A stretch of 64,000 bases of DNA from Ectothiorhodospiraceae bacterium. Lineage in GTDB: Bacteria > Pseudomonadota > Gammaproteobacteria > Nitrococcales > Aquisalimonadaceae. The position numbers were made by a program, and so were the translations under genes. Shown one piece after another: positions 45,189 through 53,609 of this stretch. The notes under the pieces are model-generated. The model saw nothing but the letters and a program-made list of their open reading frames with translations. It did not search any database and was not told where the DNA came from. Numbering within the stretch: the stretch's first letter is position 1; each line of letters starts with the position of its first letter. The stretch lies in the NCBI GenBank assembly GCA_007125985.1, contig SLCE01000051.1, positions 4,991 through 68,990 on the forward strand. Direction: 5' to 3'.

Positions 45189-46280
45189 ATGAGCGACATC
45201 ACCCGGGCGGCCGTTGAGGACGCCCTGAAAGCCTACGTAGAACCGTATCTTGGAAAGGATCTGGTCGCGGCCCGCTGCATTGATGACATCCGTATTGATG
45301 GCGGACATGTCACGGTGGATGTGAAGATGGGGTTCCCGGTCAAAGGGCTCATGGATGGGCTGCGCAGTGAACTCCGGGCGTGCCTGGATGCGGTGCCGGG
45401 TATTTCGCAGGTGGATGTGAACATCACCACCGATATCCATTCCCATCTGGCACAGCGTGGTTCCACCGCCGTCAGCGGCGTGAAGAACATCATCGCCGTT
45501 GCGTCCGGCAAGGGTGGGGTGGGCAAGTCCACCACGGCGGTCAATCTCGCCCTGGCCCTGGCGGCGGAAGGTGCGCGGGTTGGCATGCTGGATGCCGACA
45601 TCTATGGCCCCAGCCAGCCCCGGATGCTTGGCATCAGCGGCAAGCCGGATTCCAAGGATGGCAAGAAACTGGAACCCAAGGTCAACTATGGCATTCAGGC
45701 CATGTCGGCCGGTTTCCTGATTGACGAGGAAACCCCCATGATCTGGCGTGGCCCGATGGTGACCCAGGCGCTGGAACAGCTGCTGCGGGACACCAACTGG
45801 CGGGATCTGGACTATCTGGTGGTGGATATGCCGCCCGGGACTGGGGATATCCAGCTCACGCTGTCCCAGAAGGTGCCGCTGTCCGGTGCGGTGATAGTCA
45901 CCACCCCGCAGGATATTGCGCTGCTGGATGCCCGCAAGGGCTTGAAGATGTTCGAAAAGGTCAATGTGCCGGTTTTGGGCATCGTGGAGAACATGAGCAC
46001 CCACATCTGTAGCCAGTGTGGTCACGAGGAGCATATCTTCGGCAGCGGCGGCGGCCAGGCCATGGCCGAGCAGTATGGTGTGGACCTGCTGGGCTCATTG
46101 CCGTTGGACATCCGTATCCGGGAGCAGGCCGATGGCGGCAAGCCCACCGTGATCGCGGAGCCGGACGGCAAGGTTGCCGAGGCCTATCGTGATATTGCGT
46201 GGCGTATTGGGGCCCGATTGTCACAGCAGTCCCGCGATGCCAGCAGCCGGTTTCCGAAAATCGTGGTGGAGAACACCTAG
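45189..46280 (+). CDS. apbC: ApbC/Mrp (NBP35-like) Fe-S cluster carrier ATPase
   Basis: Deviant Walker A SGKGGVGKST, CSQCGHE motif, N-terminal DUF59-like domain. GGAGG RBS before ATG 45189. Confidence 0.92.
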   Translation: MSDITRAAVEDALKAYVEPYLGKDLVAARCIDDIRIDGGHVTVDVKMGFPVKGLMDGLRSELRACLDAVPGISQVDVNITTDIHSHLAQRGSTAVSGVKNIIAVASGKGGVGKSTTAVNLALALAAEGARVGMLDADIYGPSQPRMLGISGKPDSKDGKKLEPKVNYGIQAMSAGFLIDEETPMIWRGPMVTQALEQLLRDTNWRDLDYLVVDMPPGTGDIQLTLSQKVPLSGAVIVTTPQDIALLDARKGLKMFEKVNVPVLGIVENMSTHICSQCGHEEHIFGSGGGQAMAEQYGVDLLGSLPLDIRIREQADGGKPTVIAEPDGKVAEAYRDIAWRIGARLSQQSRDASSRFPKIVVENT

Positions 46281-46322
46281 GCGATGAGTTCGTTATTGGA
46301 GCGCCGTCCGTCCGGGCGGCGC

Positions 46323-47720
46323 TCAGTCTGATTCCCAGAGCTTGACCTTGCGCTCCAGCGTCTTCCGGGATACGCCCAGTCGGCGCGCGGCCTCCGATTT
46401 GTTTCCCCCGGCCGCTGCCAGTACCCGTAAGGCGTGGCGCTTTTCCACCTCGTCCAGCGGCATATCCAGCGGATAACCGGTCTCACTGCGGGCGTTGCCC
46501 AGAGTGATCGGTGCGTCCACATGGTCGACTTCCAGGCATTGGGTCGGGGAATAGCCCAACAGCATCGCGCGTTCGATCACGTTCTTCAACTCACGCACGT
46601 TGCCCGGCCAGGCATGGGATTGAAGGCGGCGGAGTTCCGCCGAATCCAGCTCCACCGGGGGGAGGCCGAGCTCCTTCGATAGCATGTCGCTGAACAGGCG
46701 CACGAGCTGCGGGATATCGGCAGGCCGTTCCCTTAGCGGCGGCAGGCGCAGCGAGAGCACGTTGAGCCGGAAATAGAGATCTTCCCGAAACCGTCCGGCG
46801 GCAACCTCGTCGGCAAGGCGGCGGTTGGTGGCGGCGACAATGCGGACGTCCACCGGTAGTTCCCGTTCCGTCCCCACCGGCCGGATGGTGTGGTCCTCCA
46901 GTACCCGCAGCAGCTTGGCCTGGAACGGTAACGGCATCTCGCCGATTTCGTCCAGAAATAGCGTGCCGCCGTCCGCATGGCTGAAAAGCCCCTCCCTGGA
47001 TTGGTTTGCGCCGGTAAACGCGCCCCGTACATGGCCGAACAATTCGCTTTCCAGCAACTCCGGCGCGATGGAGCTGCAATTCACGGGCACGAAGGGGCCG
47101 TTGCGCCCGCTGTAAAAGTGCAGGCAGCGGGCTGCGACCTCCTTGCCGGTACCCGATTCGCCCTCCAGTAACACGGTACTATTACGGCAGGCCACGCGTC
47201 GGATCAGGGTGAGCAACCCGCGCATGGCCTCGCTGCGGCCCACGATGCCCTCCAACTCGGGCGGGACCGGGCCTGGTGAGACGGGTGGTGTGTGCTCTTC
47301 ATTGCGTAGCAAACCGTTCACCGCGTCGAGCAGGGCATCCACCGCAAATGGAGTGGTGAGGCACTGGGTCCGGGCCACCTCGGAGAGCCCCTGGCAATCG
47401 TCCCGGTGCGGGGTGATGAGCAATGCCGCCTGGCACTGGCCCTGGCGCCGCAGGCGTTTCACCCAATGCAGACCGGAGCAGTCCGGTAACTGCGCATCCA
47501 CCAGCAGCAGATCGAACCGGCAGCCGGAAAGCAGGGCCTCTGCCGCTGTGGCGGTATCCGCCTCTTCAATGAGCTGGCAATGCTCGGCCAGAGCGTCCCG
47601 CAGCAACTGCCGCATACGTGGATCATGATGAACCACCAAGGCTGCAATGGAGCGCAGGGCTGGGCCCCTGTGGCTGTCACGGAAGGTATGATCGGCAGAG
47701 GTGGGCATGTCGGACAACAA
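46323..47720 (-). CDS. Sigma54-dependent response regulator (NtrC family)
   Basis: Receiver domain (DLLLVDAQLPD), AAA+ domain with GESGTGKE and the GAFTGA motif, and a C-terminal Fis-type HTH. No sensor kinase is adjacent. Confidence 0.9.
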   Translation of the reverse strand: MLSDMPTSADHTFRDSHRGPALRSIAALVVHHDPRMRQLLRDALAEHCQLIEEADTATAAEALLSGCRFDLLLVDAQLPDCSGLHWVKRLRRQGQCQAALLITPHRDDCQGLSEVARTQCLTTPFAVDALLDAVNGLLRNEEHTPPVSPGPVPPELEGIVGRSEAMRGLLTLIRRVACRNSTVLLEGESGTGKEVAARCLHFYSGRNGPFVPVNCSSIAPELLESELFGHVRGAFTGANQSREGLFSHADGGTLFLDEIGEMPLPFQAKLLRVLEDHTIRPVGTERELPVDVRIVAATNRRLADEVAAGRFREDLYFRLNVLSLRLPPLRERPADIPQLVRLFSDMLSKELGLPPVELDSAELRRLQSHAWPGNVRELKNVIERAMLLGYSPTQCLEVDHVDAPITLGNARSETGYPLDMPLDEVEKRHALRVLAAAGGNKSEAARRLGVSRKTLERKVKLWESD

Positions 47721-47913
47721 GCCTCCGATCGGTTAGGGTGCATGAACGTTCCCGGACAACTGCACCTCGAAAAAGCGAGATGCCCCTTTTTGCACCACCT
47801 TGGCCCCCGATTGGGCAAGTATGACGCAATCCGCGGCCCGGACTTCAATTTAGTCCATTCCGGAACAGAATACGATAGCATGGGGAGCAGACCCCTGGCT
47901 GGAGGCTACGACA

Positions 47914-48528
47914 ATGGCGAAAGTGACCGGTCTGGTACTGGCTGGCGGGCGTGCAACCCGCATGGGTGGACAGGACAAAGGGCTGGTGGAACTGTGTGGC
48001 AAACCCATGGTGCTCCATGTGATGGAACGCCTGAGCCCGCAAGTGGAGCACCTGGTGATCAATGCCAACCGAAACCTGGACCGGTACCGTCAGTACCGAG
48101 CCCCTGTGGTTAGCGACGCGTTTGGTGACTTTGCCGGACCGTTGGCAGGAATGGCCGCGGGGATGGCGGTTGCTGAATCTGAACTGATCTGTACGGTGCC
48201 CTGTGATTCCCCCCTGGTGCCAGCCGATCTGGTGCAGCGTTTGTATCGTGCCTGGAGCGAATCTGCCAATGGCATCGCGGTCGCCTGGGCTCACGGTCGC
48301 CTGCAGCCTGTGTTCGCTCTCATTCCCGTCGCATTGCTGGATGACCTGCAGGCGGCGCTTGTGGCGGGGGAGCGCAAGATTGACCGCTGGTATAGACGCC
48401 ACCCCATGGTGGAAGTGGATTTCTCCGATCAGCCGGACACGTTTCTCAATGTCAACACACCTGCAGAACGGGACGCGCTGGAACAGCGACTTGTCCGGGA
48501 CTCCGACGGAGCAGGGGGGCTGGCATGA
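47914..48528 (+). CDS. mobA: Molybdenum cofactor guanylyltransferase MobA
   Basis: LVLAGGRATRMGGQDKGL N-terminal motif. 204 aa. Confidence 0.9.
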   Translation: MAKVTGLVLAGGRATRMGGQDKGLVELCGKPMVLHVMERLSPQVEHLVINANRNLDRYRQYRAPVVSDAFGDFAGPLAGMAAGMAVAESELICTVPCDSPLVPADLVQRLYRAWSESANGIAVAWAHGRLQPVFALIPVALLDDLQAALVAGERKIDRWYRRHPMVEVDFSDQPDTFLNVNTPAERDALEQRLVRDSDGAGGLA

Positions 48529-50891
48529 ATCTGCTGCAGGAACGGCTGCGCTCGCAACACGCTGCCTATGGTGACTGGCTGGCCCAGCGTCATGTCGCTG
48601 ACCGAGAATTGCAACGGCTGCTGAACCGCCATGCGGCACGGCGCGCGGCACCACTGGTTCTGACCGGGAGTGTGGACGGGCGCCTGTCTGCGGCTGTGAG
48701 TCATTGGCTTGCCCGATACGGCGACAATCACGGCGATGTTCCTGTGTTCCGCTATCACTTCGGCAGCAGCCGGGATGCCCGTCGGTCCGGTCAGGTGGTC
48801 AACCAATTGCTGCATTGGCTTCAGGAGCAGGCCGGCCTCCGGGAGCCGGTGCCAGCTGCCCCTGCGACTGCGCAGGAGGTACTACCCAACTGGCTCGCGC
48901 GGGCGGCGGCGTCACGATCGTTGGTATTGATGCTCGATGGAGTGGACAGCCAGGAGGGCCTGAGCGATGACAGTGGTCCAGCCTGGTTGCCCGCCTTTCT
49001 GCCGGAGTCCGTGCGTCTGGTGATGACCATGCGCCCCGGGCCCGAGGCGGAGGCGCTGAGGCAGCGTGGCTGGGAAATCTACCCGGTGGATGACAGCAGC
49101 ACATCCACAGTTGGGGATATGCTGGCGCAGTTGCCGGTGGGGCAGGCAGATGCCGTCTGCGCCCTGTGGGCCGCGCGGCACGGGCTGGAGCGGGACGTGG
49201 TACGGGGCCTGGGGTTCGATGACGCGGTGCCGGATGGGCTCACGTATCCGTGGGGCAATCATCTGTGCCTGGCCGGTGCAGAGGTGCAGGATGCCGCAGC
49301 CCGGAGGCTGATGCCGGATGGGATGGACCGGCAGGCCTGGCACGCACTGCTGGCACGTGGGCTGGAAGGCCGGCCAGAGGATCCGGTGCTGCTGGCCGAG
49401 CGCCTGTGGCATCTTGTGGCGGCGGCGGACTGGAGTTCCCTGGCGGCGCTGCTGACCGACCCGGCCGCGTTGCGCATCCTGCTGGCGCCGGAATGGCGGT
49501 ATGAGCTCCTGGAGGCCTGGGCTGCCTGGGGAGCGGATGAGGCGCGGGTGCACTATTACCTGGAAGCCGTTCAGGGTTGGGCGCCGCGTGAGGTCACGGA
49601 TGGGCCGGAACTGATCCTGAGTCTGACCGAGGCGTTCCGTGAACTTCAGCTGGACCAGGCGCTGGAGCCGCTGTTTCAGCATGCGATCAACCGGGAGCCG
49701 GGGGCTGAGGTGGGGTCGGCGTATGGTGGGTGGTTGATGGATCAAGGGCGGGCGCCGGAGGCGGAACCGCTGCTACGCCAGACGCTGGATGTGCTGGGAG
49801 GTCCCGCCGGCGATGCGGTCGAACTGCGGGCCGCCCGCCACCGGCTGGCCATGGTTCTGGAGCAGCAGGATCGACTGGACGAGGCGGAAGCCCTCTACCT
49901 GCTCGCGTTGAAGGAGCGCGAAGCCGCGCTGGGTCAACAGCATGTGGGGCTTCTGCCGCACCTGAACAATCTCGCTGCGGTGAGGAAGGCGCGGGATGAT
50001 TATACGGGTGCGCGCGGGCTGTATCAGCGTGCGCTGAGCCTGGCCGAGCGCCATTACGGACAGCGGCACCCCACCACGGCGGCCTGCCTCGACAACCTGG
50101 CCGGCCTGCTCTACGCCGGACAGGATCTGGAAGCGGCGGAGGATCTCTATCAACGGGCGCTGGGTGTCGCGGAAGCGGCGTTCGGGCCGTCACATCCTGC
50201 CACCGCTGCCTCGGCCCACAACCTGGCCACGGTGATGGATGCCCGGGAGCAGTTCCAGGCAGCGGAGAGTCTGTTCCGCCGCGCGGTACAAATCCGGGAA
50301 CTGGCGCTGGGAGCTGAACACATGGATACCGCTTCCAGCCTGCACAATCTGGCCGGGGTTCTGGATGCCATGGGGCGCTACGACGAGGCGGAACCGCTGT
50401 ACCGCAGGGCGCTGGAGACCTGGGAGGCATTGGTGGGGCGTGAACATCCCGCGACTGCCACCACGGTGAACAATCTGGCCGATCTATTGCGTGAAACGCG
50501 CCAGTGGAATGAGGCGGAGGCCTTGTACCGGCGCAACCTCAAAACCTGGTCGGAATTGCTAGGTGAATCCCATCCGCATGTGATCATGACGCGGGCGGAG
50601 CTGGCAGGTCTGTATGCGGACAAGGCAGATCAGGGACGCGCCGAACCCTTGCTGCGTCAGGCATTGCAGGAGACGCTGGAAGTGATGGGTGGAGCGCATC
50701 CACAGCACGTCGCCTGCGTGACCCGGTTGGCGGCATTGCTCAGGGACAGCGGACGTCGGACAGAAGCCCGCGACCTGCTGCGGCAGGCCATCGACAGGGC
50801 CGAGGGCACACTGGGGATGCTATCACCGCTGGTGCAGAAGCTGCGCAAGCATCTTGACGCGCTGCAGCTTGACGGGAACCGCTTACACTGA
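48525..50891 (+). CDS. NACHT-like STAND-domain protein with degenerate P-loop and about eight kinesin-light-chain-type TPRs
   Basis: The Walker A position reads LVLTGSVDGRLS (no GK[ST]). Walker B-like LVLMLDGVDS and VRLVMTMRP. C-terminal 42-aa repeats (..LNNLA..L......Y.EAE.LY.RAL...E...G..HP.TA). ATG overlaps the mobA stop. Confidence 0.75.
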   Translation: MNLLQERLRSQHAAYGDWLAQRHVADRELQRLLNRHAARRAAPLVLTGSVDGRLSAAVSHWLARYGDNHGDVPVFRYHFGSSRDARRSGQVVNQLLHWLQEQAGLREPVPAAPATAQEVLPNWLARAAASRSLVLMLDGVDSQEGLSDDSGPAWLPAFLPESVRLVMTMRPGPEAEALRQRGWEIYPVDDSSTSTVGDMLAQLPVGQADAVCALWAARHGLERDVVRGLGFDDAVPDGLTYPWGNHLCLAGAEVQDAAARRLMPDGMDRQAWHALLARGLEGRPEDPVLLAERLWHLVAAADWSSLAALLTDPAALRILLAPEWRYELLEAWAAWGADEARVHYYLEAVQGWAPREVTDGPELILSLTEAFRELQLDQALEPLFQHAINREPGAEVGSAYGGWLMDQGRAPEAEPLLRQTLDVLGGPAGDAVELRAARHRLAMVLEQQDRLDEAEALYLLALKEREAALGQQHVGLLPHLNNLAAVRKARDDYTGARGLYQRALSLAERHYGQRHPTTAACLDNLAGLLYAGQDLEAAEDLYQRALGVAEAAFGPSHPATAASAHNLATVMDAREQFQAAESLFRRAVQIRELALGAEHMDTASSLHNLAGVLDAMGRYDEAEPLYRRALETWEALVGREHPATATTVNNLADLLRETRQWNEAEALYRRNLKTWSELLGESHPHVIMTRAELAGLYADKADQGRAEPLLRQALQETLEVMGGAHPQHVACVTRLAALLRDSGRRTEARDLLRQAIDRAEGTLGMLSPLVQKLRKHLDALQLDGNRLH

Positions 50892-50902
50892 GATTGAGCG
50901 CC

Positions 50903-50946
50903 AATGGCTCGCAGAGCACCATGGTAATGGATCAGCGCTTCCCTAA
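50903..50946 (+). repeat. Dispersed intergenic repeat, copy D
   Basis: AATGGCTCGCAGAGCACCATGGTAATGGATCAGCGCTTCCCTAA fills the convergent gap between the TPR gene and the YqeC-like gene and overlaps the latter's stop codon. Confidence 0.85.
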
Positions 50947-51695
50947 CGTAAGATCACATCCACCAACAGATCAGGTTCCCGGTTGCTCAGCAGCACCACC
51001 CGGTCATAGCGGTCGGATTCCCGCAGGATGCGTGCAGCCACCTCCCGTCCCAGGCTCCGCTGTTCCGGCTCGTCCGCCATGTTCAGTACCGGAACCAAAT
51101 GATGGTCGACGGTGCCTTGCTGCAGGCCCTCCGGGTGGGTATAGAGTGCGCTCATGGTTGCGGCCGTGATCGGGCTGCCCTCGCGCTGGCCGGTCACCCG
51201 AAGCACGCGCTCGAGGCGATGAGCGACACGATCAGTCAGGGCCTCGCCAATGGCCAGCAACGAGCTCACCACCAGCACGATGTTGGCGAACTCCGGAATG
51301 AAGGGCTCATGGGCGCCGGGCACCTTGATGCGACGCATGCGCGCGCCGTCCGCCTTGATCAGGCTGAGATCAAAAGCCCCCTGGCGGTGCAGTTCCAGGA
51401 TCTGTTCGGCCGGTGGGCCGGCCAGCCGTCCGGGTTTGTCGGCGGGGCAGGCATACAGCAGCGGGGCAGCCGATTGCGGCGTGATGCGGTGGCGCAAGGT
51501 GGAGGCATCCGCAACCAGCACATGGGCTTTCAGGCCCCGGGGCGGTTGATATGTGAAGACTGAAGCCGTCATGGCCGCGCGGCCTGGATGCCGTTCCAGC
51601 AGGCCGTATAGAGTGCTCTTTTTGCCACCGGCGCCGATGGCGCACACCAGTCCCCGTTCCGCTTTCAGCGCCTGGAACAACGCCGTGGCGCTCAT
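50943..51695 (-). CDS. YqeC-like accessory NTPase (selenium-dependent Mo-hydroxylase maturation family)
   Basis: MSATALFQAL...CAIGAGGKKSTL P-loop-like motif and LIKADGARMRRIKVPGAHEPFIP. ATG overlaps the stop of the upstream propeller gene (ATGA). The N-terminal 72 aa of the track ORF were trimmed. Confidence 0.75.
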   Translation of the reverse strand: MSATALFQALKAERGLVCAIGAGGKKSTLYGLLERHPGRAAMTASVFTYQPPRGLKAHVLVADASTLRHRITPQSAAPLLYACPADKPGRLAGPPAEQILELHRQGAFDLSLIKADGARMRRIKVPGAHEPFIPEFANIVLVVSSLLAIGEALTDRVAHRLERVLRVTGQREGSPITAATMSALYTHPEGLQQGTVDHHLVPVLNMADEPEQRSLGREVAARILRESDRYDRVVLLSNREPDLLVDVILR

Positions 51696-52804
51696 ACAGC
51701 CGTATCCGTCCACGCGGCCACGCTCAGGATGCGGGGGAGGAATTCGGCAATGCACTGCCAGCGGGCACCGTGGTCGGCGGAGGCGAACAGGTGGCCGCTG
51801 GAGGTGCCAAAGTAGGCTCCGCAAGGTTGCAGCTGATCCAGGCAAAGCGCTTCCCGCAGCACCGTCACATACGCGTGATGCTGGGGCAGCCCGCCGGACC
51901 TGCTTTCCCAACTGCGTCCGCCGTCCGCGGAACGGAAGACCCGTAATCGGCCGCCCGGGGCGGTGCGTAGGTGGTTGCTGTCAATGGGGATCACCCACAC
52001 CGTGTCCGGATCCGCATGCTCGGTGGCCAGGGCGTAGCCGAAGTCGCTGGGGAGTCCGTCGGTGATTTCCGTCCAGGTTTCGCCGCCATTGTTGCTCCGG
52101 TACACGCCGTTGTAGCACTGGCGATAGAGCCGATCCGGATCCAGCGGATGGGCAAGTAGCCGGTGGACATTGTGCCCACTGCGTGCGTGCCCACCCGGCA
52201 GGTGCTCTGCTCTTACGCCCCGGTTGATCGGCCGCCAGTGTGCACCGTGGTCATCGCTGCGGTAGACACCACCGGCGGAAACTGCCGCATACAGCCGCGC
52301 CGGGTCCAGCGGACACTGATGAATGGAGTGCAGGGAGAAGCCACCCTTGGCCGGCTCCCAGGTGTCGCGGCTCGGATGAGTATTTAATGCGTCCATCGGC
52401 GACCATCCACAGGCCCCGTCACGGCTGATGAACAGTCCGGCCGGGTCAATACCCGCATACAGGGTGCGGGGCTCAGAGGCGAGACCGGGTGCCAGATGCC
52501 AGATAGCCTTCAGACGGCTTCCCTGAAAATCTGACGGGTGGGTCGGAACGGCCTCCAGGGGATCCCAGCTGCGTCCGTAGTCCGTGGTGCGATAAAGGTG
52601 TGCCCCCCAGATCTCATGGTGGGTGGCCGCGTATCCCAGCCCGGGCGCCCGCGGATCAAGCCAGGCATGCAGCACCTCGTAACCCGCGATCAGCGGGCCC
52701 TGCATATGCCAATCCCGGCGTTGCCCGTCGCTGTGCAGGCGAAACAACCCTTTCTGTGTGCCGACCAGGAGGATCACCTGGGCGGGACGTTCCGATGAGG
52801 GCAT
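51692..52804 (-). CDS. Cytoplasmic Asp-box (BNR) beta-propeller protein
   Basis: Six Asp-box motifs (TTDYGRSW, SRDGACGW, SDDHGAHW, SNNGGETW, SADGGRSW, SADHGARW) and no signal peptide. The 5' part of the 651-aa track ORF is antisense to the JAMM and Ubl genes and was trimmed. Confidence 0.8.
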   Translation of the reverse strand: MPSSERPAQVILLVGTQKGLFRLHSDGQRRDWHMQGPLIAGYEVLHAWLDPRAPGLGYAATHHEIWGAHLYRTTDYGRSWDPLEAVPTHPSDFQGSRLKAIWHLAPGLASEPRTLYAGIDPAGLFISRDGACGWSPMDALNTHPSRDTWEPAKGGFSLHSIHQCPLDPARLYAAVSAGGVYRSDDHGAHWRPINRGVRAEHLPGGHARSGHNVHRLLAHPLDPDRLYRQCYNGVYRSNNGGETWTEITDGLPSDFGYALATEHADPDTVWVIPIDSNHLRTAPGGRLRVFRSADGGRSWESRSGGLPQHHAYVTVLREALCLDQLQPCGAYFGTSSGHLFASADHGARWQCIAEFLPRILSVAAWTDTAV

Positions 52805-52868
52805 ACAGCGTTCACCTTCACGGCGTGTGACCAGACAAGATCCCATTCCACCAGAAACAACGAGCGCA

Positions 52869-52883
52869 AGGGAAGCGCTGATC
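52869..52883 (-). repeat. Half copy (right arm) of the dispersed repeat, copy E
   Basis: The reverse complement, GATCAGCGCTTCCCT, is identical to 15 nt of copy D. It lies in the divergent propeller / JAMM promoter region. Confidence 0.45.
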
Positions 52884-52905
52884 TTGTGCCAGGGAATACG
52901 ATAGA

Positions 52906-53319
52906 GTGGAGGGCATGAATACTGTCGTTCTCCCATTGCCATTGTGTGGCTGGCTTCAGCAGGAAAGCCGGCTGGGCTCGCCGCAAGAGGTCTGCGGTCT
53001 GGTGCTGGGCCAGCGCCAGGAGTCTGTGGTGCGGGTTCATCGGGTACTTGCGGCGGAAAACATTGCCGAGCGGCCAGAGACGGGTTACCTGATTGATCCC
53101 GAATTCTACCTGCAGGTGGAGCATCAGGCCGCCGACGAGGGGCGTTCGGTTGTCGGCGTCTACCACAGTCATCCCATGGGCAAGCCTGTTCCTTCCGATA
53201 CGGATCTGGAACTGGCCTGGCCTGACTGGTCCTACGTGATCGTGGGCGCTGACGGCACTCTGCGGTCCTGGAGGCTGGTGGAAAAACGGTTTGTGGAGGA
53301 GGCCATCCGTCTTGAGTGA
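52906..53319 (+). CDS. JAMM/MPN (M67) metalloprotease, Mec+/QbsD-like
   Basis: Complete JAMM signature: Glu in SPQEVCG, then HSH-PMGKPVP-S-DT-D (H-x-H-x7-S-x2-D). Start is GTG 52906 or ATG 52915. Confidence 0.88.
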   Translation: MEGMNTVVLPLPLCGWLQQESRLGSPQEVCGLVLGQRQESVVRVHRVLAAENIAERPETGYLIDPEFYLQVEHQAADEGRSVVGVYHSHPMGKPVPSDTDLELAWPDWSYVIVGADGTLRSWRLVEKRFVEEAIRLE

Positions 53320-53320
53320 G

Positions 53321-53590
53321 GTGATTGTGCGGTTGCCGCCACCCCTGCGGGCCTTTGCGGACGGGAAAGCGGAATTGCGGCTGCCCGGCGCGACCGTGGG
53401 GCAGGTGCTCAGCTGCCTGAGTGATCTGCATCCCGGTGTGGGGCAGCGTCTGTTCGGCCCGGATAACGAACTGCGGCCGTACATCAACATCTTCCACGGC
53501 GAGCGCCACATTGCCCGGCTGGAAGGGCTTGCCACACCGGTGCGACCTGGCGATGTGGTGTCCATCATTCCGGCGGTGGCGGGGGGCTGA
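53321..53590 (+). CDS. ThiS/MoaD-fold sulfur-carrier (ubiquitin-like) protein, CysO-like, with a free C-terminal Gly-Gly
   Basis: Ends GDVVSIIPAVAGG-stop. GTG 53321 lies 2 nt after the JAMM stop; the ORF is open from 53291, so the start is uncertain. Confidence 0.85.
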   Translation: MIVRLPPPLRAFADGKAELRLPGATVGQVLSCLSDLHPGVGQRLFGPDNELRPYINIFHGERHIARLEGLATPVRPGDVVSIIPAVAGG

Positions 53591-53609
53591 CCACAAGGGC
53601 CCGGGGGCT

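Noticed and set aside
45090-46034. N-terminal 315 aa of the 557-aa track ORF 44361..46034
   Set aside because: This part is antisense to apbC and has no motifs. The ankyrin protein begins at an internal ATG (45089) with a signal-like sequence.
47801-47817. Sigma54-like TGGCCC-CCGAT-TGGGCA upstream of mobA
   Set aside because: The GG-to-GC spacing is one nt too long and the -12 element is TGGGC rather than TTGC. Below the threshold I would accept.
47867-47877. Shared 11-mer GAATACGATAG just upstream of mobA (47867) and of the JAMM gene (52892)
   Set aside because: Tempting as a common -10-like element or operator for two Moco-related promoters. However, exact 11-mer pairs are expected many times by chance in 64 kb on two strands, and no flanking similarity supports it.
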